From contig NC_068981.1 in NCBI RefSeq assembly GCF_001194135.2, forward strand, positions 178,826,976 to 178,889,993: a DNA stretch of 63,018 bases, read 5' to 3'. Of the stretch, positions 1 through 11,689 are shown one piece after another. The DNA is from Octopus bimaculoides. Taxonomy: Eukaryota. Within the stretch, counting starts at the first letter, position 1. Every line of letters begins with the position of its first letter. The notes below the pieces were generated by a model. It saw nothing but the letters and a program-made list of their open reading frames with translations, searched no databases and was not told where the DNA came from. Made by a program: the position numbers and the translations under genes.

Positions 1-117
1 TATATATATATATATATGCTTATATACATGCACACATATATACACACGTACATACGCATATATGTAACATACATACATACATACATACATACATACATAC
101 ATACATACATACATACA
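1..117. repeat. (TA)n/(TACA)n microsatellite
   Basis: Direct tandem repeat; explains ORF 16..273. Confidence 0.95.
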
Positions 118-531
118 CTGAGACAGAATTACCATTTTGCTTGCAACGCAAAAGTGACGGTTGTTTCATTGTTTCGATCTGAACCGGATGACTTCAAAGA
201 TAAGTCAGAATATTCTATGAAATTGTTGCTGCCACCAACTACATCACAAACGCCACTGCCACCACTGCTGTAGCTGCCAGCACAAGCACTACTACCACCA
301 ACAAAACCCATCGCAACAGTTACATGAACATTAACAATGATTTACTATAGACTGTATTACTAGCTTTTAAATACAAAGGGCAGAGGGTTGTTTTATTAAA
401 GTGAGAATAGTCAATAAAACTAATGTACTGACATAGAGAATAACCTAACCGTCCTGTCCATGTAGAAGAGCAAACATAGCAATAACGGTGCAGAGAAAAG
501 GACTGAGAACTTAATATAACTCATACACAAC

Positions 532-604
<73 letters not shown>
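532..604. repeat. (CTAT)n microsatellite
   Basis: Direct tandem repeat. Confidence 0.95.
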
Positions 605-622
605 TTATTTATCTATATACAT

Positions 623-793
623 AAGCGCAAGCGTGGCTGTGTGGCAAGAAACTTGCTTTCCAATCACATGGTTCCGGGTTCAGTCCCACAGCGTGGCACC
701 TTGAGCAAGTGTCTTCTAATATAGCCTCGGGCCGACCAAAGCTTTGTGAGCAGATTTGATAGACGGAAACTGAAAGAAGACCGTCGTATATAT
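623..793 (+). mobile_element. SINE family A (tRNA head + CORE-like), 5' module
   Basis: tRNA-like head with ggttccgggttcagtccca, then CORE-like ccttgagcaagtgtctt; matches copies at 4606, 19587, 53064. Confidence 0.85.
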
Positions 794-3277
794 TGGGTCA
801 TCCCGTAAATAATGCGGTATTTTCAATTGCATGAACTAAAAGTAATAAGGGGACGGGATAAACTACCTGCATCAACTTGGTATAAAAGTAGGTATTAATT
901 TTACCTTGTTCTTATTCTTAGTGTAAGTTTTGAAGAGTGCAGTTCGATTTTAACAGTTATTTTTTCAAAGCTATAATGGAAGTGGCAAAGGAGCATATTC
1001 AGCATAATTTGCTTTATGAGTTCAATAATGCATATACACTCTCTCACACACACACACATATATATATGCGTATGTATGTATGNNNNNNNNNNNNNNNNNN
1101 NNNNNNNNNNNNNNNNNNNNNNNNNNNNNNNNNNNNNNNNNNNNNNNNNNNNNNNNNNNNNNNNNNNNNNNNNNNNNNNNNNNNNNNNNNNNNNNNNNNN
1201 NNNNNNNNNNNNNNNNNNNNNNNNNNNNNNNNNNNNNNNNNNNNNNNNNNNNNNNNNNNNNNNNNNNNNNNNNNNNNNNNNNNNNNNNNNNNNNNNNNNN
1301 NNNNNNNNNNNNNNNNNNNNNNNNNNNNNNNNNNNNNNNNNNNNNNNNNNNNNNNNNNNNNNNNNNNNNNNNNNNNNNNNNNNNNNNNNNNNNNNNNNNN
1401 NNNNNNNNNNNNNNNNNNNNNNNNNNNNNNNNNNNNNNNNNNNNNNNNNNNNNNNNNNNNNNNNNNNNNNNNNNNNNNNNNNNNNNNNNNNNNNNNNNNN
1501 NNNNNNNNNNNNNNNNNNNNNNNNNNNNNNNNNNNNNNNNNNNNNNNNNNNNNNNNNNNNNNNNNNNNNNNNNNNNNNNNNNNNNNNNNNNNNNNNNNNN
1601 NNNNNNNNNNNNNNNNNNNNNNNNNNNNNNNNNNNNNNNNNNNNNNNNNNNNNNNNNNNNNNNNNNNNNNNNNNNNNNNNNNNNNNNNNNNNNNNNNNNN
1701 NNNNNNNNNNNNNNNNNNNNNNNNNNNNNNNNNNNNNNNNNNNNNNNNNNNNNNNNNNNNNNTATATATATATATATTTATATATGTATGCATATGCATA
1801 AACATAGATACAAAGCTGAAGCTTCTTGAATAATAACTAAATTCTACGGTTCTGATTAATCAGTCTTCGGGAGAAAAACAGCAAAGCATTATATGTCCAT
1901 ATTTTATTTTATATATTGTCACGCAGCTCATCTTCATCATTCATTTGTACGATCAGAACTTGTAATCTTAGCGATACGATCCAAGACGTTTCATTTTCTA
2001 GTAAAACATACTCAATTTTATGCTTTGAATATTTTTCATTAATTCATATTTCGTTATTTGAATAACCTTAGCTAAAAACATTCCAAAATTGCTCTTCCAA
2101 ACGTTTTTGATCGGAATTAGTTATTCAAAGAATGATTGCTGTTATCATTAAGATTGTAATTTCAATTAATTAAAATGTCTGGGTGTGCTACAGTAAATAT
2201 GCTAGTTCTCATTTTACTATTATGCTTTTGTGCGACAGGCGTCCCTGAATATTTTTTCTCAGTGTCATTTTTACATACACAAAAACACACATACACAAAC
2301 ACAAACTCACTCCCACACAGAAACCTTAGAGTTATATTAGACAATTTAAGACAGAGGAGTCAAAGAATGCGGATTGGTTGAGTATATGTCTGTGCGTCTA
2401 ACACACATGTATTGACAAATGTGTCAATTCTCACGTTCTTTTCCTTAAGAATGCTCTTTCTCATTATACACTGAAATCTGAATGTACAAATTAAATCAAC
2501 CCATTCATATACCTTGCAGTTTTACTTAACCTTATCATATTTCATATAAGGATATAATTCCCCTGCACACTCTTTCACTTCACTTTAAACACTGATTGAT
2601 GGGGATGATACTCCTTTCTTCTGTTATGTTAACCGTAGGACTTATTTCTCTAGTCAAAGCAGAAAAAATCTACCAGGCCATATTTTCAAATAGAAGTGGC
2701 AATGTGTGGTACGATGGATTGAACTGAGACTCTAATACCAACTCGTCATTAGAACTGTTATGGGTAAACCAATGTCAATCGCTTATAATATTTATTTGGA
2801 TAACATCTAGAAAAGGTAAGGTAAGTTCCTTCATCGGTACCCAGGATATTATACTCCTATAAGCAACATAACATTCATTCAAACGTAAGTGTGGCATAGC
2901 AGTAACAGACTGTCAAACTTAGCCAAATTGACATTGCCCACCACTTTTGATATGCGCAATCCCCTGTTAAAGCATCCCGGTAAAACTCAAGCTGCCTAAA
3001 TGTGTGCTTCCCGAAGTTCAATCATATTCGATTACTGTCCAAGTTCTTATCAAAAGCCATTTTCGAATACCGACATAAAGTGCTTGGAGGAAATTGATTT
3101 CCTAAACTTGGTTCTCTGGAGATTCTATAAAGAGCCAAAGGGTAGAGAGTTGCCCTAATTTTTCAAGAATTTGCTGACGAAAGTGAAGAATATATTCTAT
3201 AAATTATGCAGAAGTCAAGATTAAATAATTTAGATGATCCCTTCACTGAACCCACAGCTGTGACTACTACCAAAACA

Positions 3278-3322
3278 TATACCTGATGAAGGCTGGAGGG
3301 CATATCAGCCGAAAAGTTGTGT
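3278..3322 (+). ncRNA. Minimal hammerhead ribozyme motif in a Penelope-type short repeat (probably impaired)
   Basis: CTGATGA (3283-3289), A, GGCTG/CAGCC stem II, GAAA (3311-3314), A-GTT, stem I ATAC/GTGT. Confidence 0.7.
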
Positions 3323-3491
3323 TAACAACAAACAAGATGAGGACAAATATCCGTCAAATGTAAATAATGTAAATAATGTACATAATTCCTCATCTCTTAA
3401 ATATAGAACTGTATTCTATATTTTCCGACAAGAAGGATTATCACTGACAGAGTGTAAATGAAACAAGGGTTGAAAACCTAGATTAAAACAA

Positions 3492-3689
3492 CATAGGAGT
3501 GGCTGTGTAGTAAGAAGCTTGCTTTCCAACCATATTCTTCCGGGTTCAATTCCACTGTGTGGAACCTTGGGCACGTGTCTTCTATTATAGCCTCGGGCCG
3601 ACCAAAGCCGTGTAAGTAGATTTGGTAGACAGAAACTGACTGAAAGACGCCCGTTGTATATGTATGTATATATATATATATATATATAT
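3492..3689 (+). mobile_element. SINE family A, 5' module running into a gap
   Basis: Same head and CORE-like sequence as 623-793. Confidence 0.85.
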
Positions 3690-3793
3690 NNNNNNNNNNN
3701 NNNNNNNNNNNNNNNNNNNNNNNNNNNNNNNNNNNNNNNNNNNNNNNNNNNNNNNNNNNNNNNNNNNNNNNNNNNNNNNNNNNNNNNNNNNNN

Positions 3794-3913
3794 ATATATA
3801 TTAAAACATAGGGTAAAAAATCAGATATTAATTAATATCGATTTATTACCAGGAAGCTAGCACATTTAAAGAATCAGAGATTCAGAAAAAATATCTGAGA
3901 TCTTAGGGGATTA
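3794..3913 (+). repeat. Unclassified ~120 bp TA-microsatellite-associated repeat
   Basis: Homologous to 9113-9234 (-) and 62895-63018 (-). Confidence 0.75.
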
Positions 3914-3935
3914 AAGTATATGTTTATATATAACT

Positions 3936-4224
3936 TATATAACTATGACCACTAAAGTGGTCATTTAATGTGCTAGAAATAGACCACATGTTGTGTCTAC
4001 TAAGACCTAATGGTTCTCAAACGAAATTCAGCAAAATACCAAAACGTATGCGGGCAAGACAGTGAAAATTACAGAACTAAAATAAAACCTTCTTAGCCAC
4101 GGACAGGTTTCGAAATTAACATATTTTGCTGAATTTCGTTTGAGAACCATTAGGTCTTGGTAGACACTACATGTGGTCTATTTCTAGCACATTAAATGAC
4201 CACTTTACTGGTCATAGTTATATA
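3936..4224. repeat. Foldback element, ~103 bp inverted arms
   Basis: 3936-4038 is a near-perfect reverse complement of 4122-4224. Confidence 0.9.
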
Positions 4225-4244
4225 TAAACACACACACACACACA

Positions 4245-4287
<43 letters not shown>

Positions 4288-4374
4288 GTATGTATGTACA
4301 TATAAATATATATGTATGTACACTATGTATATATGTACGCATGTATGTATGTATGTATGTATAGATTTATGTGT

Positions 4375-4590
4375 GCGTGTGTATTTGTGTCTCTTTGTCC
4401 CCCACCACCGCTTGACTGCAGTGTGTTTACATCTCAGTAACTTAGGAATTCGGCAAAAATTGACCGATCGAATAATTACCAGACTTAAAGAAAGAGTACC
4501 TACTGGGATCGATTCATTCGACTAAAACTTCTCCAAGACGGTGTCCCCAGCATAACCACAGTCTAATGACTGAAACGAGTAAAAGATAAA
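4375..4590 (+). mobile_element. SINE family A, 3' module
   Basis: ttgtcccc...ggatcgattcattcgact...gactgaaacgagtaaaaga tail. Confidence 0.8.
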
Positions 4591-4605
4591 AAAAAAAAAG
4601 ATATA

Positions 4606-5012
4606 GGCGCAGGAGGGGCTGCGTGGTAAGTAGCTTGCTTACCAAGCACATGGTTCTGGGTTCAGTCCCACTGCGTGGCACCTTGGGCAAGTGTCTTCTA
4701 CTATAGCCTTGGGACGACCAAATCCTTGTGAGTGGATTTGGTAGACGGAAACTGAAAAGAATCCCGTCGTATATGTGTATATGTATATATGTGTGTTTGT
4801 GTGTCTGTGTTTGTCCCCCCAACATCGCTTGACAACCGATGTTGGTGTGTTTACCTGCCCGTAACTTAGCGGTTCGGCAAAGGAGAACGATAGAATAAGT
4901 ACTAGGCTTACAAAGAATAAGTCCTGGGGTCGATTTGCTCGACCAAAGGCGGTGCTCCAGCATGGTCGCAGTCAAATGACTGAAACAAGTAAAAGAGTAA
5001 AAGAGAAAAGAG
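4606..5012 (+). mobile_element. SINE family A, full length (5' module-microsatellite-3' module)
   Basis: Complete bipartite structure ending in gtaaaagag repeats. Confidence 0.9.
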
Positions 5013-5373
5013 TATACAAGAGCCATAATTTTACTACGCAAATATCTTAGCAAAGACAGAAAGACAGGTTGTTTACAAAGGTATAAATACAAACTCTGGA
5101 TTTCTGGATTTAGAACAAGGTATTTATAAAGAAAATAATGCGAGTTGAGTAGGCAGTCATTGAAAATGTATATAAACAAATTACAACATATAAAAAGATT
5201 ACAACATATAAAAAAATCAAATCAAATAATGTATATATAAATGCAGAACGCAGTATATATATATATGTGTGTGTGTATGTATGTTTATCTATCCATCTAC
5301 TTGTTTTATTCTCTCTCTCTCTCTTTCTCTCTGTAAAGAGAAAGCTGCGCCTGTATTTGTGACTGTATTTGTT

Positions 5374-5406
<33 letters not shown>

Positions 5407-5539
5407 CTGGGTGCGTGCGCGTGTGTGCGTGCGTGTGTGTTGGTGTATGTATGCAAATGTCTGATTGTCTGTCCGAATCTCTTTATTTTAATGACTTATT
5501 TGATATATATCTACCCATAGATCTCTCCCTTTTTAAGTG

Positions 5540-5603
<64 letters not shown>

Positions 5604-6227
5604 AGTCAATACCTCTATATTTTTGTGTGACTCCCTAATATATCTACGCCCACCCATGTTTTCTTTCACCGACTCATGCTCATGTACATATGTATAATCA
5701 TATATATATATATATATATATATATANNNNNNNNNNNNNNNNNNNNNNNNNNNNNNNNNNNNNNNNNNNNNNNNNNNNNNNNNNNNNNNNNNNNNNNNNN
5801 NNNNNNNNNNNNNNNNNNNNNNNNNNNNNNNNNNNNNNNNNNNNNNNNNNNNNNNNNNNNNNNNNNNNNNNNNNNNNNNNNNNNNNNNNNNNNNNNNNNN
5901 NNNNNNNNNNNNNNNNNNNNNNNNNNNNNNNNNNNNNNNNNNNNNNNNNNNNNNNNNNNNNNNNNNNNNNNNNNNNNNNNNNNNNNNNNNNNNNNNNNNN
6001 NNNNNNNNNNNNNNNNNNNNNNNNNNNNNNNNNNNNNNNNNNNNNNNNNNNNNNNNNNNNNNNNNNNNNNNNNNNNNNNNNNNNNNNNNNNNNNNNNNNN
6101 NNNNNNNNNNNNNNNNNNNNNNNNNNNNNNNNNNNNNNNNNNNNNNNNNNNNNNNNNNNNNNNNNNNNNNNNNNNNNNNNNNNNNNNNNNNNNNNNNNNN
6201 NNNNNNNTATATATATATATATATATA

Positions 6228-6636
6228 TATTGCCAAACTAACGTAGCAGTCCAGAGAAATAGGACGAATGCTGCTGTTGATTATCACCGAGAGACGATCG
6301 CCTCTAGCTAGCTGTATAACGCACGAACCTACGTCCATGAACCTTCGAAGAGGGGAGGTCATCACCTTCCCTTTGCTATCTTGGCATCTACAGACCGGTT
6401 TCGGGGTAGTTGTCCCTTATCAATGTGGAGCAGCCGAGTCCAGCAGGGGTCGCTGTGCGAAGGTTTTACTTATATATGTATATTCAGTGAAACACATTCA
6501 CTGATTTTCAAAAATAGAAATGTTTATGAATGCAGGTTCATGCATCATATAGCTAGCTAGAAGCGATCGCCTCTCGGAGCTACTCAACAGCAGCATTCGT
6601 CCAATTTCTCTGGACTGCCACCTTAGTTTGACAATA
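6228..6636. repeat. Foldback/MITE-like element, ~103 bp degenerate inverted arms
   Basis: 6228-6330 vs reverse complement of 6534-6636. Confidence 0.85.
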
Positions 6637-7220
6637 AATATTAATACCCAGTACTGCTGCTGTACCTCCTCTTTAGAGAGACTTAGAAATTATAACATTT
6701 CTATATATATAAATATATATGAGTGTGTTTTTAGGTGTTACAAACATTATATATCTAATAATGAATACATATTAAGAACATATTCATGTAATATTGTAAA
6801 TAATTGTTAGAAATATGTGTAATATAAGAAATAGCTTGCCGATTATGGAGAAACTTTGTGGATGATGATGACGATGATGATGAAGTACACATTGGATAGT
6901 GGTGTCAAAGGGGCAAAAAGTGCGAAAAAAAGTTGAAATGGTCCTGTTTGGAATACTTTTGAACAGAATTCTATTCGATTCAGAATTAGTCGACCTAGAG
7001 TGAAACATGGAGATCAACAACTACAAAAACAATAACGACCGATCCTAGATATTCAAATTTCTAGGCGTGTTCATGGAATCGGATCTTTTAACGAACAGTA
7101 TTAAAAGGGTGGCCGGATGACTATCGTTCGACACATGATCAGGTATTATGTAGAGAAGTTGAGAATGTATATAAAAGAAGCATTTAAGGAATTTAGCCTA
7201 AAAACTACTATGAACTAAAC

Positions 7221-7551
7221 CAGAGTTTCTCAACCATTTTTTATCTTTGGACCCCTTTGAATACTATTTTATTCTGGTGCACTCCCATCGCCATTCATTG
7301 CTTACAAACTAGTTCTACAGATACTTTTTAAAAAATACCTATTTTCTTTTTCATACATTAACCTGTGTAGGTTGAACCATATAAAACGTCAGAGAAAGAA
7401 ACCTAGTTATTTCTTTGCAATACATGCCAATACATATATCTAAAGCAGTTTTGTTTTCAGGGGCCCTTAAACTACTATTGTGGATCCTCAATTTACTATT
7501 TTGTTGCATGGACCCCAAAGATCATATATGGACCCCGGTTGAGAACCACTT
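7221..7551. mobile_element. Non-autonomous hAT (Charlie-like) MITE
   Basis: Ends cagagtttctcaacc ... ggttgagaaccact resemble CAGTGGTTCTCAA TIRs; no clear 8-bp TSD. Confidence 0.6.
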
Positions 7552-8180
7552 AGCCAAGCGAAGTACAGTCGACGTTTAAAGAATCATATTAGATGTAATA
7601 AATGGCAGGTGCTAAACGCACATTAAAGAAAACTGAAAATCTACAATTTCTTAAACCTTTGCTCAATCTATTATTTCTTAAAACTTTGCTCGTCCAGTGT
7701 ATTACATGTGATAGACAGGACATATCTTCCTAAACTCTATGCATCATATATGATTCATATTCCCAATTTTTTCAAAGCAACTTGGGACTTATGAAAGGAA
7801 AGCTTTATATCATTCTGAATGTGTGAAACACGGGGATAACTAAAAGTCTGGAAATAAGGATGGACGTTTAAGATAAATATTTGCCAATGCTTTGGACAGG
7901 CAAGGGGTTAAAGATAAAAAAATCTAGAAATACTGTACAAAAGTATCAAGTCAGCAATATTAGAAAGAGAATTAGCAATATGTGCTCTGGCAAACAAAAA
8001 CCATATAAAAGATAAAAACTATTTAATCATGCCGCATATTATTATGAAGCGTTGAGAAAAAAAAAGTACATTTAGAGATGTATATATCTATTTGTCCATC
8101 TACTTTGTTTTCTGAGCGTATCATATGTATTACGTATGCGTGCGTATATTTATGTATGCACACCCATACACATAAACACA

Positions 8181-8246
<66 letters not shown>

Positions 8247-8644
8247 AGGAAAATAAGACAAGGTAGAAATTGCTAAAATAATTTTATCATGAAGAACATT
8301 TTAGTACCGGTTTCAGTCTTTGCGACTTTTTCAACTTAAGGTAAAGCAGGGAAAACAATTAAATTGTGGAAAATTTAATGAAATGTTTAAAAAAAATATT
8401 TCCATAGTTTTCAAATGTAAGCGGCATTTTCCTTTTTTCTGTCTGTCTCTGTTTCTTTTTTTTACTCATGTGAGTTCAAGGTAGTAGGCAGCGTGCAGTA
8501 GCAGTTTGATATGAATTCTTGTTTTTGATTGTTTTAGCAGCAGTAGTAGTTGAGAAAGGAGGCGGTGGCGGCGGCGGCGGCGAAGAGGAAGAAGAAGAAA
8601 AAGAAAAGAAGAAGAAGAAGAAGAAAGAATAAAAAAGTGCGTGA

Positions 8645-9090
8645 GAGGTATGACAGTTGCAGGATGTTGGTGGAATCCTCTTAAATGGTCAAGTGACCTA
8701 AAAGTGTCCCGTTGTGGTTGTAATAGTAGTGATTGAAATTGTTCTGAATAAATTCATGAGTAGTAAGGGTTCTGAATATATCGTTTTTAATATCTGCGTG
8801 GGTATTATTCTAAGGCCCTTGTAATAGTGTCATTTGTGGTGGACGCATTCAAAAGGGGTTTATATTTTGTGATAAAGTATGGCTCTTTACAACTGCGCTG
8901 ACTACAGGTTGCATCGTCTCTGAATTGTTAGAGGGGAAAATGCTATTTTTCTGTATTTCCGAATTTTGATCTGGGATCTATGCAGAGTCATCCTTTGACG
9001 TAGATTGTCTTTGATTTGGCCTATGTATTGCTCTCGACACCCAGAACAAGTTAATACATATATCAGGTTCTCTGAAGCACATGTGAAGTT
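8645..9090 (-). mobile_element. Penelope-like element 3' relic with GIY-YIG endonuclease remnant
   Basis: Minus strand reads FTCASENLIYVLTCSGCREQYIGQIKDNLRQRMTLHRSQI, then after a frameshift KEPYFITKYKPLLN. Confidence 0.85.
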
Positions 9091-9112
9091 GCTTTTATAT
9101 ATACATATACAG

Positions 9113-9234
9113 TAATCCTTTTTAGATCTCAGATAATTTTTTCTGAATCTCCTGATTCTTTTAATGTGCTAGTTACCTGGTATTAAATTGATATTAATTA
9201 ATATACAATTTTTTACCCTACTATTTTAATATAT
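9113..9234 (-). repeat. Copy of the ~120 bp TA-associated repeat
   Basis: Reverse complement of 3794-3913. Confidence 0.75.
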
Positions 9235-10109
9235 NNNNNNNNNNNNNNNNNNNNNNNNNNNNNNNNNNNNNNNNNNNNNNNNNNNNNNNNNNNNNNNNNN
9301 NNNNNNNNNNNNNNNNNNNNNNNNNNNNNNNNNNNNNNNNNNNNNNNNNNNNNNNNNNNNNNNNNNNNNNNNNNNNNNNNNNNNNNNNNNNNNNNNNNNN
9401 NNNNNNNNNNNNNNNNNNNNNNNNNNNNNNNNNNNNNNNNNNNNATATATTCAACTACACCCTTCAAGGCAGTTTCCCTGCGTACCCATAGTCCAAAGAC
9501 TGAAACAAGTGGGAGAAGATACAAGAAGATTAAGGAGACAACGAAGAAACCCCAACACGGTTATTTGAGTTATTGGGCACCGCAGCCTAAGTATTTTTTT
9601 TTTTATCTCACTCTAATATATTAAAAAGAAGGCAAGGGGACTTGGATTATATAATCCCAGATGCACTATGCCAGTAAAACAAAACAGAACAAAACGAGAA
9701 GAAAAAAAAACATGCAATCACGTGGTCATTGCCGGAAGGACTTTAATCATATGGTGTATTTGAGGGAATTTATCTGCTATTTCTTGCAAGTATTTTGACC
9801 ACATGAAAACTCGTTGGCTCACAATTGCTGCAATTGTCGGGTACGGTACGTCAGCCAATGCTACGTCATTTTACAATATTATGCCAACCTTGTGGTCGTG
9901 CGTTCAGTTCCACTGTGTAACACCTTAGGCGAATGTCTTCTATTATAACCTGGGTTGATTTAGAGTTAAACAATAACAAGAACAACCGCACATTGCAAAT
10001 AACGAATAGAATATGCACAGAAGTAGACCAGAAGCATTCGAGAAACAACAGCCAAATTTCTCTTAAATCATAATGAAATATTCATCGGATGGATGTAGTT
10101 CGGGATGTA

Positions 10110-10119
10110 TTGTCTGAAT

Positions 10120-10185
<66 letters not shown>
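10110..10185. repeat. (GA)n microsatellite
   Basis: Direct tandem repeat. Confidence 0.9.
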
Positions 10186-10191
<6 letters not shown>

Positions 10192-10249
10192 AGGTGATAG
10201 TGGGAACTTATTTGGTCATAAATCTGTGCGACCAGGGATCGTTTGGGGT

Positions 10250-10745
10250 TAAACAACAACAGTGATGGCTTTATTACCGACAACAACAACAACAACAGNN
10301 NNNNNNNNGCCTGTCATCATCACCACCACCACCACCACCACCACCACTGCCAGCAACAACATAACAGTAGCGTCATCAATCTGAAAAAATAACAACACTA
10401 ATAAGCATTAACAACTATAAGAATATCAACGATATTATCACCACCACCACTACCATCACAATCATCGCTACCACCATCACCATCACCATCACCACAACCA
10501 GTACTAGCACCAAGAGAAGCAGCAGCAGCAGCAGCACCACCACCACCACCACCANNNNNNNNNNAGAAGCAGCAGCAGCAGCAGCACCACCACCACCACC
10601 ACCACCAATACCAACAACAACAACAACAACAACAAGAAACCATTGTAGTAGCATCATTAACAACAACAGTAACAACAGCGCCATCACCACCACGACCATC
10701 ACAACCGCCTCCAACAACAACAACAACAACAACAACGTCATACAA
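10250..10745. repeat. Mixed CAC/CAG/CAA trinucleotide low-complexity tract
   Basis: Mixed triplet runs with two 10-N gaps. Confidence 0.85.
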
Positions 10746-11384
10746 AAAAAAAATCCATCTTCAGACAAAGAAAAAAAAACTCATGAACTAGCATCGATTA
10801 TAGAAATCATCAACATTATCATACGGGGATAAAATGTGGCACGTACGCACACACACACATACACACACGCACATCGACACATTGACACACGTACATACGT
10901 ACATATTTATATGCATACATACATATACATATATTATATTATAAATATGCGCCTATTTTACCGAAGAGGAGAGCAATTATTTCAACCATCTTTATCCTGG
11001 ATGTAGTAAATGTCTTCTGTACTCAACTAAGAACATCAATCAAACTTGAATGTCAATAAATCATCGTTGGCCTTTTCCACTTATCATTAGGTGTTTCCGC
11101 CCACTGAATATTGTACTTAAACGTGGAATGTCAGAACTACGGTAAATGTGCGTGCTTGCGCTTGCGTGCGCTTGTATGATTCTGTGTGTGTGTGTGAGTG
11201 TGAGTGAGATAGATAGAGAGATAGAGAGATAGATAGAGAGATAGAGAGATAGAGAAAGAAAGAGAGAGGGACAGAAAGAGAAATAGCTTAGTAAAAAAAA
11301 AACTCACAAAATATTAAATAGATTTCCTTTTGAAAATATCAGATTACTTCGAAATATATCAGCTTACATATTATTATTATTATT

Positions 11385-11689
11385 GTTCAGTAGTTTTATT
11401 TTTATAACGTGCTTTCACTTCACTACCGAGCGCAGCTCTGTGCGCCTTGGGTATGTGCTGTGGTTTGCTGTGGTGCTCTTATGGTTACTATACTGAAAGT
11501 GTCTTGCGTAGGATGTGTGCAGTGCCCAGTAGTGCAATTTTCTGTATGTTATATATATTTGTAAGTCCTGGTATTTTTGTTATGTATTTGTCTGAATATT
11601 TTTTTATTATACCTAAGGCACCTACTATGATAGGAATTGTTTCTGTTTTTAGATTCCACATTCGAGTTATCTCTATTTCCAGGTCTTTG
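11385..11689 (-). mobile_element. R4/Dong-type REL LINE, 3' end (remainder likely in gap)
   Basis: Minus strand KDLEIEITRMWNLKTETIPIIVGALGIIKK...IQKIALLGTAHILRKTLSV* (stop at 11488-11490), 3' UTR, (AAT)n tail; (TTA)n on the far side of the gap. Confidence 0.85.

Noticed and set aside
1830-1880. cccgaaga...attaatc motif (also ~27320) as a hammerhead
   Set aside because: Both copies read CCGAAGA rather than CTGAAGA and lack GAAA; an old repeat fragment.
2175-2381. Signal-peptide-like ORF MLVLILLLCFCATG
   Set aside because: Short, runs into a CA repeat, no splice or homology support.
2690-2826. Exon ending at the strong double donor AAG|GTAAGGTAAGT
   Set aside because: All three frames from the nearest acceptor contain stops; only a non-coding exon remains possible.
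10250-10745. Poly-Gln/His/Gly-like coding region
   Set aside because: Frames are interrupted by stops and gaps, no splice context, and such triplet tracts are common throughout the window.
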